A DNA stretch of 64,000 nt from an uncultured Collinsella sp. (GTDB taxonomy: Bacteria; Actinomycetota; Coriobacteriia; Coriobacteriales; Coriobacteriaceae), in NCBI GenBank assembly GCA_902491895.1, contig CABUJH010000002.1, forward strand, positions 2,143 to 66,142, written 5' to 3'. Below, in pieces: positions 27,279 to 37,371 of this stretch (the first letter of the stretch is position 1; each line of letters begins with the position of its first letter). The notes below the pieces were generated by a model. The model ran no database searches. It saw nothing but the letters and a program-made list of their open reading frames with translations, and was not told the DNA's origin. The position numbers were made by a program, and so were the translations under genes.

Positions 27279-27511
27279 AGGAACTTCCCTTCTTGTGCCT
27301 CCCGGTGGGTCGCTCCCATTAACCGACCCACGTGGTTTTCGCTGGTTATCGTATGCTTTGCATTTGCGCAGGTGAATTGCATATTTGTTAGAATGGCATT
27401 AACCGTAGGTTTACACCGTGCGATGCAGTTTTTTCTCAATTAAGCGCGTGACCTGCGAAAACAACCCCCTGTGGCATCATGTGGCCACAGGCGCGAAAAC
27501 GGGAGATTGAC

Positions 27512-28390
27512 GTGTACGATCGACGACTTGAGGCTATATCGGCCGCCGCGGAGCTGGGAAGCTTCTCGCGTGCGGCGGCAAAATTGCGCGTGTCGACCCC
27601 GGCGCTCGTCAAACAGGTGTCGGGATTCGAGGCCGAGTTCGGCATCACGTTGTTCGAGCGCTCGCATTCTGGTGTTAAGGTGACGCCGGCAGGTGCTCTG
27701 CTGGTGGACGATGCACGTTCGATCATGCGGCAGTCCGAGGACGCGCTACGCCGTGCCCGACGCGCGGCGGGCGATGGCGGGGCCGTGCGTCTGGGCGTGT
27801 CGATGATGTGTCCGGGGCGCCAGACGCTGTCGATGTGGACGGGCGTACACGAGCTGGAGCCATCGTTGCGCTTCGAGATCGTGCCGGTGAGCGACCTCTA
27901 TGACGAGCGCGAATCCGTCATGCGCAGCCTCGGTCGCGAGGTGGATGTGGTGCAGTCGAGTTTTTCGACCCCGCGCTGGGGTGACGTCTGCCAAAAGCTC
28001 CGCATCGTTAACGTGCCGTTTTATATCGACGTGCCACGCACGAGCCCGCTGGCGCGCAAGACACGCATTACGGTTGCCGACCTGGAGGGCATGCGCCTGC
28101 GCGTGCTCCGTCACGGCAACGACGCAATGGACAGCCTGCGCATCGACCTTCTGGCCGACGGCGGCGTTGACGTGATCGACGTGGACAGCTTTGACTTTGC
28201 GCTCTTTAACGAGGCAGAGGAAAAGGGCGACGCGGTGCTCACCTGCGGCGCATGGTCGGGGGTGCACCCGGCCTTTGTGGGCGTGCCGTTCCTGTGCGGG
28301 CGAGAGGTGCCGGTCTTTCTGCACTACCCGCTCGAGCCCACCCTCCAAGTCCAAAAATTCGTCAACGCCATGGCCCAACTCCTCAAGTAG
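27512..28390 (+). CDS. LysR family transcriptional regulator, divergent from the SDR operon
   Basis: GSFSRAAAKLRVSTPALVKQVSGFEAEFGITLFERS HTH; GGAG before GTG 27512. Confidence 0.9.
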   Translation: MYDRRLEAISAAAELGSFSRAAAKLRVSTPALVKQVSGFEAEFGITLFERSHSGVKVTPAGALLVDDARSIMRQSEDALRRARRAAGDGGAVRLGVSMMCPGRQTLSMWTGVHELEPSLRFEIVPVSDLYDERESVMRSLGREVDVVQSSFSTPRWGDVCQKLRIVNVPFYIDVPRTSPLARKTRITVADLEGMRLRVLRHGNDAMDSLRIDLLADGGVDVIDVDSFDFALFNEAEEKGDAVLTCGAWSGVHPAFVGVPFLCGREVPVFLHYPLEPTLQVQKFVNAMAQLLK

Positions 28391-28433
28391 CCAAAAGAGT
28401 CCCGTCCCAAATTAGCTACCCTTTGCTACGGGT

Positions 28434-29525
28434 TTAGCGGTCCTCGCGTTGCGGCCCGGCTGCCTCGGCTGTCTTTACGCGGTTCTTGTCGATGTACATG
28501 TTTTTGTCGGCCTGGGAAAAGAGCTCGCGCATCGTAGGCGGTTCATCAAAATCACTGGAAAGCGCATAGCCCACCGCATAGCTGATAGGCATGTCGGGAT
28601 GAGTCTCGGAATACTCGTTCACGTTCGCGCGAACCCGAGCGAGACAGGACTCCACGGCAGCTCGATCGGTATCTCGCAGCACCGCGATAAACTCATCGCC
28701 GCCGTCGCGGCCCACAAAGCAGGTCTCCGACGCCACGCGCCCCAGCTGCTGGGCAAAAGAACGGATGTATTCGTCGCCCTTCTCGTGGCCGAAGCTGTTA
28801 TTGACCGTATGCAGATTGTTAAGGTCGAAGACGCACACCGCAACGGGCGCCTCCGCGGAGACAGGTTGCTCCTGCCCCAAGACCTCCTCGCACTTGTTCT
28901 TGTTGGGCAGTCCTGTGGCTTCGTCGAGATAGACTTTGTTCTGCAGTTCGCGATTGAGCGCGGCGGTGCGCACCGCGCGAACGAGTTCGACCGCAAAGGT
29001 CGCCACCAAGCCCACGATGTCGATGATCACCAAGCCCTCGAGATAGTTGAGCGCCGACGCCTTCTCCTGAGAGTAGTCCTCTGCGAGTCGCGTAGCATCG
29101 TCGCAAATGCCAAAGAATTCCTCGCTCATGGAAATGATGTCGGTGTTCTCGTAGCCGACTTCGCGCACACGGATGATCTCGGTGCAAAGCTCATCAAAAT
29201 AATTTGCAAGCTCGGTCATTTTTGCCTGATACTCATCGTCGTCGAGACGGACGAGGTTGAGGTCGTCACTTCCGTAACGCAAACCGTTGATGTATGAATC
29301 CACGGCTTTGAGCAGGTCATCTTGAGGCTGGCCCGCATCCTCGAGCTTAACGATTCGCTGCGTGGTACCGCGCACCAGACCGGCGTAGTTGACCACACGC
29401 GCCGTGCCCTGGATATCGGAGACGAGCAGCATAACATTGATGAAGAAGAAGATGAGAACTGCCGTGAGCACCATCATGAGCAGGCGCACCGCCTGGCCGG
29501 CCTTCTTGGCGACAGAAGTATTCAC
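28434..29525 (-). CDS. Membrane-bound GGDEF diguanylate cyclase with a NarX/PilJ-like sensor domain
   Basis: Two TM helices around VVNYAGLVRGTTQR; DLNNLHTVNNSFGHEKGD, GRDGGDEF, ADKNMY. Confidence 0.88.
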   Translation of the reverse strand: MNTSVAKKAGQAVRLLMMVLTAVLIFFFINVMLLVSDIQGTARVVNYAGLVRGTTQRIVKLEDAGQPQDDLLKAVDSYINGLRYGSDDLNLVRLDDDEYQAKMTELANYFDELCTEIIRVREVGYENTDIISMSEEFFGICDDATRLAEDYSQEKASALNYLEGLVIIDIVGLVATFAVELVRAVRTAALNRELQNKVYLDEATGLPNKNKCEEVLGQEQPVSAEAPVAVCVFDLNNLHTVNNSFGHEKGDEYIRSFAQQLGRVASETCFVGRDGGDEFIAVLRDTDRAAVESCLARVRANVNEYSETHPDMPISYAVGYALSSDFDEPPTMRELFSQADKNMYIDKNRVKTAEAAGPQREDR

Positions 29526-29714
29526 AAGTTCACTCCCCTAAATGACAAAAGAACAGGTAGCACGCAGTGTGCTGAAATTCATGGGTGGTTAACTCTACCA
29601 TATGGGCCAGCAGCCTCAAACTGCAGCAGACGCTCGTCCAAATTGGCGTGACGCTTGCCTTGTTGTTCTTGACCTGGCCGCGCTATCGGACATGCTTCTG
29701 GTCTTGGATCACCA

Positions 29715-29887
29715 TGGGAAAGCTCATCCCGTTTTGTGCGTCTAGAGTGGGATGCGGCTTCCCAAAGGTGCCGTTAGGGGAAATCACATCCCGGTTTACC
29801 CCCTTGAAATGGGATGCCGTTTCCCGGAGGGGGTCCAGCGGGAAACGGCATCCCATTTTGGGCCCGAAAAGTGGGATACGGTTTCCG
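29715..29887. repeat. Third 62-bp hairpin-unit array, about 3 units
   Basis: GGGAT cores at 29749, 29811 and 29873 with GGAAA..TCCC arms. Confidence 0.8.
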
Positions 29888-29898
29888 GCCGGCATGAA

Positions 29899-29934
29899 AA
29901 AGCCTCCGCAGCTCGTGTGTGCTGCGGAGGCTTT
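29899..29934 (-). terminator. Probable intrinsic terminator of the ABC operon
   Basis: AAAGCCTCCGCAGC...GCTGCGGAGGCTTT hairpin with an A-run on its left. Confidence 0.6.
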
Positions 29935-30058
29935 ATTCGTTGCGGCGCATTGTGTTTGGGTCGCTGAGATGAGTCGATTTGCCCCGAAAGAGGAGGGCAT
30001 TGACCTTAGGGTCATGCCCGACGAATGAGCGGCAAATCGGCCGTCTCGGCGGGCCGAA

Positions 30059-31978
30059 CTACTCCAGCTCAAACGCTCCGGTATAGAGCTGGTAGTAATA
30101 CCCGCGCTTGGCGATCAGCTCGTCGTGGTTGCCGCGCTCGATGATGCGGCCGTGGTCCAGGCAGATGATCGCATCGGAGTTGCGCACGGTGGAGAGACGG
30201 TGCGCGATGACAAACGTCGTGCGACCCTCCATGAGCTTGTCCATGCCTGCCTGCACGATGGCCTCGGTGCGGGTGTCGATGGAGCTCGTGGCCTCGTCCA
30301 GAATCATTGCCGGCGGATCGGCGACGGCGGCGCGTGCGATCGAAATCAGCTGGCGCTGGCCCTGCGACAGCTGCGCGCCGTTGCCGGTGAGCATGGTGTC
30401 GTAGCCGTCGGGCAGGCGGGTGATAAAGTCGTCAGCGCCCGCGAGCTTGGCAGCCGCGATGCACTCCTCGTCGGTGGCATCCAGGTTGCCGTAGCGGATG
30501 TTATCCATCACGGTGCCGGTGAACAGGTTCACGTCCTGCAACACGACGCCCAGCGAGCGGCGCAGATCGGCCTTGCGGATCTTGTTGACGTTGATGCCGT
30601 CGTAGCGGATCTTGCCATCGGCGATGTCATAGAAGCGGTTGATGAGGTTGGTGATGGTCGTCTTGCCGGCACCGGTGGCACCGACAAACGCGACCTTCTG
30701 GCCCGGCTTGGCAAACACGGACACGCCGTGCAGCACCTCATGGTCGGGTGTGTATCCAAAGTCCACGTTGTCCATGACCAGGTCGCCGCGCAGCGGTACG
30801 TACTCGATCTCGCCGGTTGCGCGGTGCGGATGCTTCCACGCCCACATGCCGGTGTGGTGGTCGGCTTCCTCAAGCTGCCAGGTATCGGGGTTCACCTGCG
30901 CGTTGACGAGCGTCACGTAGCCTTCGTCGGTCTCGGGCTTCTCGTCGATGAGCTCAAAGATACGGTCGGCGCCGGCGAGGCCCATGACCACGGCGTTGAT
31001 CTGCTGCGAGATCTGGCCGATCTGTCCGCAGAACTGCTTGGTCATGTTGAGGAACGGCACTACGACGGCGATGGACAGCGTCATGCCCGAGATGCTCAGG
31101 TTGGGCACGCCCAGCGCCAGGAAAATGCCGCCTGCCAGTGCGACCAGTACGTAGAGCAGGTTGCCCAGGTTCATAAGGATGGGCATGAGGATGTTGGCGT
31201 ACATGTTGGCTTTCTGTGAGACCTCGAAGAGCTTTTCGTTGCGCTCGTCAAAATCGGCCTCGGCGGCAGACTCGTGGCAGAATGCCTTGACGACCTTCTG
31301 GCCGTTCATGACTTCCTCGATATGGCCCTCGACCACGCCGAGCTCGGTCTGCTGCGCAATGAAGAAGCGCGCGGAGTTGGAGCCGAGCAGCTTGGTCATA
31401 AAGGTCATAAAGGCGACGCCGGCCACAATGACCAGGCACATCCACACGCTGTAGTACAGCATGATAAAGAACACCGTGACGATGACGATGGTCGTCATGA
31501 GCAGGTTGGGCAGCGACTGACTGATCATCTGGCGCAGCGTGTCGATGTCGTTGGTGTAGTGGCTCATGATGTCGCCGCGCTGGTGCGTGTCGAAGTAGCG
31601 AATTGGCAGGTCCTGCATGCGGTTGAACATCTTCTCGCGCAGCTTCTCGAGCGAGCCCTGCGTGACGATGGCCATGGCGCGGTTCCAGAACAGCGAGGAC
31701 AGGATGCCGACGCCGTAGATGCAGGCGAGGGTGGTCACGAGCTGTGCGATCTTGGGCTGTGCGGCTTCCCAATCGCCCGACTGCCACGATTCGCTAATAA
31801 TCTGCAGAGCGCTCTGAAGGAAGGTCGCGCCGATGGAGTTGATGATGGCGCAGAGTACCACGCCGACGACGACGAGGGGCAAAAGCACGGGGTAGAAGCC
31901 AAAGAGCGTCTTGATGAGGCGCGACATGGTGCCACCCTTGCGGTTGAGCGCGCGCTCAGCGGTCGTTGCCTTACTCAT
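30059..31978 (-). CDS. Heterodimeric ABC exporter subunit (consensus site)
   Basis: GATGAGKT, LSQGQRQ, ILDEATS, AHRLST. Confidence 0.93.
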   Translation of the reverse strand: MSKATTAERALNRKGGTMSRLIKTLFGFYPVLLPLVVVGVVLCAIINSIGATFLQSALQIISESWQSGDWEAAQPKIAQLVTTLACIYGVGILSSLFWNRAMAIVTQGSLEKLREKMFNRMQDLPIRYFDTHQRGDIMSHYTNDIDTLRQMISQSLPNLLMTTIVIVTVFFIMLYYSVWMCLVIVAGVAFMTFMTKLLGSNSARFFIAQQTELGVVEGHIEEVMNGQKVVKAFCHESAAEADFDERNEKLFEVSQKANMYANILMPILMNLGNLLYVLVALAGGIFLALGVPNLSISGMTLSIAVVVPFLNMTKQFCGQIGQISQQINAVVMGLAGADRIFELIDEKPETDEGYVTLVNAQVNPDTWQLEEADHHTGMWAWKHPHRATGEIEYVPLRGDLVMDNVDFGYTPDHEVLHGVSVFAKPGQKVAFVGATGAGKTTITNLINRFYDIADGKIRYDGINVNKIRKADLRRSLGVVLQDVNLFTGTVMDNIRYGNLDATDEECIAAAKLAGADDFITRLPDGYDTMLTGNGAQLSQGQRQLISIARAAVADPPAMILDEATSSIDTRTEAIVQAGMDKLMEGRTTFVIAHRLSTVRNSDAIICLDHGRIIERGNHDELIAKRGYYYQLYTGAFELE

Positions 31979-33785
31979 GTGCCTCGCCTCCTTCCTGGGT
32001 CTGAGCTTGCGTTACGGATGCCTCGGTGTCGGCCTCGACGGCCCCTTCGCCCTCGGCAGACATCTTGTTTTGCGAGGTAAAAGTCTCGCGGTAGATCTCG
32101 CTCGTCTTAAGCAGCTCGTCGTGGTTACCGATCTGCGCGATGCGGCCGCCCTCCATGACGATGATGCGGTCTGCGTCCTGCACGGAGCTGATGCGCTGGG
32201 CGATGATGAGCTTGGTCGTGTTGGGCAGATAGCTTGCCAACCCTGCGCGAATCTTGGCGTCGGTCTTGGTGTCGACGGCGCTGGTGGAGTCGTCCAGGAT
32301 CAAGATCTTGGGGCGACGCAGCAGGGCGCGCGCAATGCACAGGCGCTGCTTCTGACCGCCGGAAACATTGGAGCCGCCCTGTTCGATCCAGGTGCCATAG
32401 CCCTTGGGGAAGCCATCGACAAACTCATCGGCGCAGGCCAGATGTGCCGCCTCGCGGACTTCCTCGTCGGTGGCGTTCGGGTCGCCCCAGCGCAGGTTTT
32501 CGGCAATGGTGCCGCTAAACAGTACGTTTTTCTGCAGCACCATGGCCACCTGGTGGCGCAGGGCGTCCAAGTCGTAGTCGCGCACGTCCATGCCGCCCAC
32601 GCGCACGGTGCCCTCGGTGGCGTCGTACAGGCGGGCGATGAGGTTAACGAGCGTGGACTTGGCCGAGCCGGTACCGCCGATGATGCCGATGGTTTCGCCG
32701 CTCTTAATGTGCAGGTCGATATCGTCGAGCGCCTGGCGCTTTGCATGCGCGGAATACTTAAAGCTCACGTGGTCAAAGTCGATGGAACCGTCGGCAACCT
32801 CGAGCACGGGCTCGGCGGGATCGGCGATCGTGGGCTCGGCGGCCAGCACCTCGGTAATGCGGTGCGCCGATTCGTCGGCCATGGTCACCATGACAAAGAT
32901 CATCGACAGCTGCATCAGGCTCATGAGGATCGCGAAGCCATAGGTAAAGATCGAGGAGAGCTGGCCCACGTCGAACAGCGTGCCCTGGCTCGTGATGATG
33001 AGCTTGGATCCCAGGTAGATGATGACGACAAACGCGCCGTTGACGCAGATGTTCATCATGGGGTTGTTAAAGGCGAGCAGCTTCTCGGCGCGGGTGAAGT
33101 CCATCTGGACGTCGCGTGCGGCGGTCGCGAATTTCTCCTTCTCAAAGTCTTCGCGCACGTAGCTCTTAACCACGCGCATGCCGGTGACGTTTTCCTCGAC
33201 GGACTCGTTAAGGGCATCGTACTTGTGGAACACGCGCGAGAAGATGGGGCGCACCTTAAAGATGATAAAGAACAGCCCAAAGCCCAGCAGCGGAATGATG
33301 ACCAGGTAGACCATGGCAACGCTGCCGCCCATGATAAACGCCATGGTAAAGGCGAAGATCAATACCAGCGGCGCGCGCACGGCGATACGGATGATCATCA
33401 TAAAGGCCTGCTGCACGTTGTTGATATCGGTGGTCAGGCGCGTGACGAGCGAGGAGCTCGAGAACTCATCGATGTTGGCAAAGCTGAACGTCTGGATCTT
33501 GTAGAACAGGTCGTGACGCAGGTTCTTGGCGAAGCCGCAGCTCGCATGGCTGCAGGTGACGCCGGCGGCGGCACCAAAAGCAAGCGACGTCAGCGCGATG
33601 AGCACCAAAAAGCCTGCGGTGGGAAGCATCTCGGCTACGGTGGCACCGTCTTTGATGGCGTCGATCAGGTTGGCGGTGATAAATGGAATCAGCACCTCGC
33701 AGAGCACCTCGCCAAGCACGAGCAATGGCGTGGCAACAGCGACTTTCATATAGTCGCGGATGCTGCCCATAAGGGTTTTAATCAT
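31971..33785 (-). CDS. Heterodimeric ABC exporter subunit (degenerate site)
   Basis: GGTGSAKS, VSGGQKQ, ILDDSTS, AQRISS; overlaps its partner gene. Confidence 0.93.
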   Translation of the reverse strand: MIKTLMGSIRDYMKVAVATPLLVLGEVLCEVLIPFITANLIDAIKDGATVAEMLPTAGFLVLIALTSLAFGAAAGVTCSHASCGFAKNLRHDLFYKIQTFSFANIDEFSSSSLVTRLTTDINNVQQAFMMIIRIAVRAPLVLIFAFTMAFIMGGSVAMVYLVIIPLLGFGLFFIIFKVRPIFSRVFHKYDALNESVEENVTGMRVVKSYVREDFEKEKFATAARDVQMDFTRAEKLLAFNNPMMNICVNGAFVVIIYLGSKLIITSQGTLFDVGQLSSIFTYGFAILMSLMQLSMIFVMVTMADESAHRITEVLAAEPTIADPAEPVLEVADGSIDFDHVSFKYSAHAKRQALDDIDLHIKSGETIGIIGGTGSAKSTLVNLIARLYDATEGTVRVGGMDVRDYDLDALRHQVAMVLQKNVLFSGTIAENLRWGDPNATDEEVREAAHLACADEFVDGFPKGYGTWIEQGGSNVSGGQKQRLCIARALLRRPKILILDDSTSAVDTKTDAKIRAGLASYLPNTTKLIIAQRISSVQDADRIIVMEGGRIAQIGNHDELLKTSEIYRETFTSQNKMSAEGEGAVEADTEASVTQAQTQEGGEAHE

Positions 33786-34281
33786 CCAGTTCCTCCCAGG
33801 TTACACGGATTTTCTCGAGCATTTCGGCGAGCTGCTCGCGCTCGTCGTGAGTGAGGGCACTAAAGGCCCGTTCTCTAAAGCGGATGCGGGCCGCCTGGTC
33901 GATGTGGGCGTTTTCCCGGCCGGTTTCGGTCAGGCGAATGGTGAGTTGCCGTCGATCCTTGGGGTTACGGCTGCGCTCGATGAGGCCGTTGACCTCGAGC
34001 TTGGACAAGATCTCGGAAAGCGACCCCGGCTTGAGGTCAAAGTGCATGCCGAGTTCCTGCTGAGACATCTCGCCGCCGGGCTGCTTGGCCAGCAGGCAGA
34101 TGATGGGCGCCTTGCCGGACACGCCTCCGCCATGAAAATGCATGTAATGGCCGCAAAAGCCTAGGCCGCTCAGGATGCGCTTGGCGAGTTTGTCTTCGGC
34201 GCTGACCGCTTCGGGTATGTCTACCGGTTGCGACGGGTCGCCGCCGGGTTCATGCGGATAGGCGAGTGGTTCAACACACAT
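33778..34281 (-). CDS. MarR family regulator
   Basis: SQQELG..LKPGSLSEILSKLEVNGLIER..DRRQLTIRLTETG; coupled to the ABC genes. Confidence 0.88.
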   Translation of the reverse strand: MCVEPLAYPHEPGGDPSQPVDIPEAVSAEDKLAKRILSGLGFCGHYMHFHGGGVSGKAPIICLLAKQPGGEMSQQELGMHFDLKPGSLSEILSKLEVNGLIERSRNPKDRRQLTIRLTETGRENAHIDQAARIRFRERAFSALTHDEREQLAEMLEKIRVTWEELDD

Positions 34282-34302
34282 ATCTAAGCTTCGCTCCTTT
34301 CT

Positions 34303-34338
34303 TTAGTTAGGTAGTGGAATTGTTTTGTGCCTAACTAA
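34303..34338. promoter_or_regulatory. Putative MarR operator (inverted repeat)
   Basis: TTAGTTAGG (34303-34311) and CCTAACTAA (34330-34338) upstream of marR. Confidence 0.45.
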
Positions 34339-34494
34339 TTTAGGAGCGTGAGAAATCAATGTCAAGGTACCAAACTTATTAAGTTACGGCGTTTTGCCAA
34401 ACGCCGTAACCGCTCGACGCTGCAAACGCTCCCTGCGCTACACTTAGTCGCACTGTGGCGCTGCTGCGCCGTGCCCGAACCAAGGGAGACCCTC

Positions 34495-35319
34495 ATGAAG
34501 AACACTCAGCTGCTGCTGATCAACGATATGTGCGGCTACGGCAAGGTCGCGCTTTCCGCCATGCTGCCGGTGCTGTCGCACATGGGTTACCGTATCCATA
34601 ATCTGCCGACGGCACTTGTGTCCGATACGCTCAACTACCCCAAGTTCTACATCCACGACACCACCGAGTACGTGCGTCAGAGTCTTGCCATCTGGGAAGA
34701 GCTCGGCTTTGAGTTCGACGCCATCTCGACCGGCTTTATCGTGACCGAGGAAGAGACGCGCATCATCTCGGACTTTTGCCACCGCCGTGCGCAAAAGGGC
34801 ACCAAGGTGTTCGTCGACCCCATCATGGGCGACAACGGCAAGCTCTATGCGGGCGTGCCCGAGTCCACGATTGGCCTTATGCGGCACCTGCTCGAGTGCG
34901 CCGACTACGCGGTTCCCAACTACACCGAGGCCTGTTTGCTCACCGACACGCCTATCGTCGAGCAAATCACGCCCGATGAGGCCCGCGCCCTTGTGGACGC
35001 CGTGCGCGAGCTGGGTGCCAAGTCGGTGGTCATTACGAGCGCCGTAGTCAATGGCACGAACGCGGTTATCGGTTACGACCATGTGGCGGGGGAGTACTTT
35101 ACGATTCCCTTTGAGCTCATTCCGGTCTATTTCCCGGGCACGGGCGACACGTTCTCGGCGGTGCTCGTCGGCCGCGTTATGGCAGGCTGGAGTCTGCAGT
35201 GCGCGACGTCCGATGCCATGCGTGTGGTGGCTGAGCTTATCGAGCGCAATGCCGACCAAGAGGACAAGTCGGCCGGCCTTCCCATCGAGGCCTGCCTGGA
35301 TGTGGTTGACCATGAGTAA
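34495..35319 (+). CDS. Pyridoxal/pyridoxamine kinase (PdxK/PdxY-like)
   Basis: NDMCGYGKVAL, VDPIMGDNGKLY, PNYTEA, PGTGDTFS. Confidence 0.88.
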   Translation: MKNTQLLLINDMCGYGKVALSAMLPVLSHMGYRIHNLPTALVSDTLNYPKFYIHDTTEYVRQSLAIWEELGFEFDAISTGFIVTEEETRIISDFCHRRAQKGTKVFVDPIMGDNGKLYAGVPESTIGLMRHLLECADYAVPNYTEACLLTDTPIVEQITPDEARALVDAVRELGAKSVVITSAVVNGTNAVIGYDHVAGEYFTIPFELIPVYFPGTGDTFSAVLVGRVMAGWSLQCATSDAMRVVAELIERNADQEDKSAGLPIEACLDVVDHE

Positions 35320-35641
35320 CGCCGACGAGAGCAGCACCGAGGCAGCGGGCGAGAACGGGCCGCTCGGCGCGCCGCGTGGCAAGCGTCCGCGTATCCGTAT
35401 TAGCTGCGTGGACCAGCTGGGTGCGTGCCGTTGTCACCACGGGCACAAGCCGGGCGATGTCTTCGACTTCGATCGCGATCGCGGCAAGATGTGCGCCATG
35501 GCCTGCCACGTGGGCTTTCCCTATATCGATATCCTGCGCTATGGCGGGACCGTGCCTGGCAACGAGCCCGGCACGGCAAAGTTCTGCTGCCCCGAAGTCG
35601 ATACACTGAACGTCTGGCTTGCCAAGATCGTTGACGAGTAG
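35312..35641 (+). CDS. Small Cys-rich protein, TIGR04076-like
   Basis: C-x-C-HHGHKPGDVF, MCAMACH, FCCP motifs; overlaps the kinase stop codon. Confidence 0.7.
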   Translation: MSNADESSTEAAGENGPLGAPRGKRPRIRISCVDQLGACRCHHGHKPGDVFDFDRDRGKMCAMACHVGFPYIDILRYGGTVPGNEPGTAKFCCPEVDTLNVWLAKIVDE

Positions 35642-35649
35642 TCGAGCGC

Positions 35650-35682
35650 AATGTGGCAAAGGGACAGCCCCTTTGCCACATT
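35650..35682. repeat. REP-like palindrome
   Basis: AATGTGGCAAAGGGACAGCCCCTTTGCCACATT. Confidence 0.8.
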
Positions 35683-35823
35683 CGCCGGTGGCGCCCCTTC
35701 TTTTGCTTATAATCTCAAATCTCTGCATTTCATTTGATTTTAAGTTCTATAAATTCTGCGTTTCATCGATAATCAAGCGTATAAAACTTTGCATTTCATT
35801 CGATGACGCTGAGGGGAGAGCCT

Positions 35824-37185
35824 ATGCTGCGCAGGAAAATAGCGGCAGAGCTGGAGCGTTGGCTGAAGTCTGCCGAGCAAAAGGCCTTATTCATTACGGG
35901 TTCTCGCCAGATTGGCAAAAGCTATTCGATTCGCGCATTTGGCAAAGCCAACCATGCAACCTACATCGAGCTTAACCTCATGGAAAATCGCCAGGCAAAA
36001 GATGCTCTTCTCGAGGCGCGGGATGCCGATGATTTCATCAGCAGGGTGACGCTTCTTTCGGGAAAGTCGATTGCACCAGGCAAAACGCTCGTGTTTATCG
36101 ATGAGGTCCAAGAGGCCCCCGACATCATGACGATGGCAAAGTTCCTTGTTGAGGACGGGAGGTGCCGTTGGGCGTTTTCGGGGTCAATGCTCGGGACCCA
36201 GCTCAAGGGCGTCAGGTCCTATCCCGTGGGGTATGTTCACGAGCTTAGGATGTTCCCGCTCGATTTTGAGGAGTTTTGCTGGGCAATCGGGGTGAGCGAG
36301 GGGGCTCGCCAAACGATACGTGACGCGTGTATCAGCGAGAGGCCCATTCCTGATTACATTCATGACGCGATGATGGCAAACTTCAGGACCTATACCGTTG
36401 TCGGCGGAATGCCGGAGGTCGTGCAGCGTTTCCTTGACACGCAGGGCGACCTTGCCTCTGTTCGTCAGCTACAGTCAGAGCTCAACGAACAGTACCGGCG
36501 GGATATCTCCAAGTATGCAAGCGGGCGAGCCCTTCAGGTGCAGAGCATCTACGATCAGCTCCCTATTATGCTCGAGGGCGAAAACAAGCGCTTCGTGCTC
36601 AATTCCATTGACCCCAAGGCTCACTACGAGAAGTATCAGCGAGATTTTGTATGGCTTGTCGATGCCGGCGTTGCTCTCAAAGCCGATATCGTAACCGAGC
36701 CAAAATCGCCCCTGCTCAAGACGGCGCGGCCATCGCAGTTCAAGCTATATCAATCGGATACGGGCATGTTGATGGCGCGTTACCCCGTTGGAGTCGCCCA
36801 GGCGGCGTATCTTGATAGCAAGGAGCCCAACCTGGGCGGCATTTACGAAAACGTGGTGGCCCAGCAGCTGGCTGCCCAAAATCGCCAGCTTTACTACTAT
36901 CAGACAAAAAAGCGCGGTGAAGTGGACTTTGTGGTCGATGGACCGGATGGGACGGCTGTTCCGATCGAGGTTAAATCGGGCTCCTATTACCACGCGCACG
37001 CTGCGCTCGGTCATGTGCTTGATACGGCTGAATATGGCGTAAGGCTCGGGATTGTTTTCTCGAGAGGCAACGTTGAGCGCAACGGAGCGGTTCTCTATTT
37101 GCCGCTATATGCGACCTGGGCCCTTTCGGATGTTTTGGGCGACTTCTGTGCCAAGGGGATTAAGCTGGAGGTCAAGCCGGTCTAG
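35824..37185 (+). CDS. AAA_14 ATPase with DUF4143 / C-terminal PD-(D/E)xK-like domain
   Basis: GSRQIGKS, FIDEVQ, FPLDFEEF, VGGMPE, KLYQSDTG, EVDF..IEVKSG. Confidence 0.88.
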   Translation: MLRRKIAAELERWLKSAEQKALFITGSRQIGKSYSIRAFGKANHATYIELNLMENRQAKDALLEARDADDFISRVTLLSGKSIAPGKTLVFIDEVQEAPDIMTMAKFLVEDGRCRWAFSGSMLGTQLKGVRSYPVGYVHELRMFPLDFEEFCWAIGVSEGARQTIRDACISERPIPDYIHDAMMANFRTYTVVGGMPEVVQRFLDTQGDLASVRQLQSELNEQYRRDISKYASGRALQVQSIYDQLPIMLEGENKRFVLNSIDPKAHYEKYQRDFVWLVDAGVALKADIVTEPKSPLLKTARPSQFKLYQSDTGMLMARYPVGVAQAAYLDSKEPNLGGIYENVVAQQLAAQNRQLYYYQTKKRGEVDFVVDGPDGTAVPIEVKSGSYYHAHAALGHVLDTAEYGVRLGIVFSRGNVERNGAVLYLPLYATWALSDVLGDFCAKGIKLEVKPV

Positions 37186-37197
37186 GGCCGGTCCCGG

Positions 37198-37228
37198 ATG
37201 TGACAAAGGGGCAGTCCCTTTGTCACAT
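37198..37228. repeat. REP-like palindrome
   Basis: ATGTGACAAAGGGGCAGTCCCTTTGTCACAT. Confidence 0.8.
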
Positions 37229-37232
37229 TCAT

Positions 37233-37329
37233 GAGCGTTGATTTTCTCCCACCGAGATAACGAGCGTGGATTTTCTCCCGTTTAGAGCGCGCTCGAACGC
37301 TCAAAGTGGGAGAAAATCCACGCTCGTTT
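37233..37329. repeat. Direct plus inverted repeats of GAGCGTKGATTTTCTCCC
   Basis: Copies near 37233 and 37262, and a reverse-complement copy near 37308-37326. Confidence 0.7.
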
Positions 37330-37371
37330 TATGCCGATGGCGTGGCCCGTGTGCCCGCGCCGCCCGAGCGC

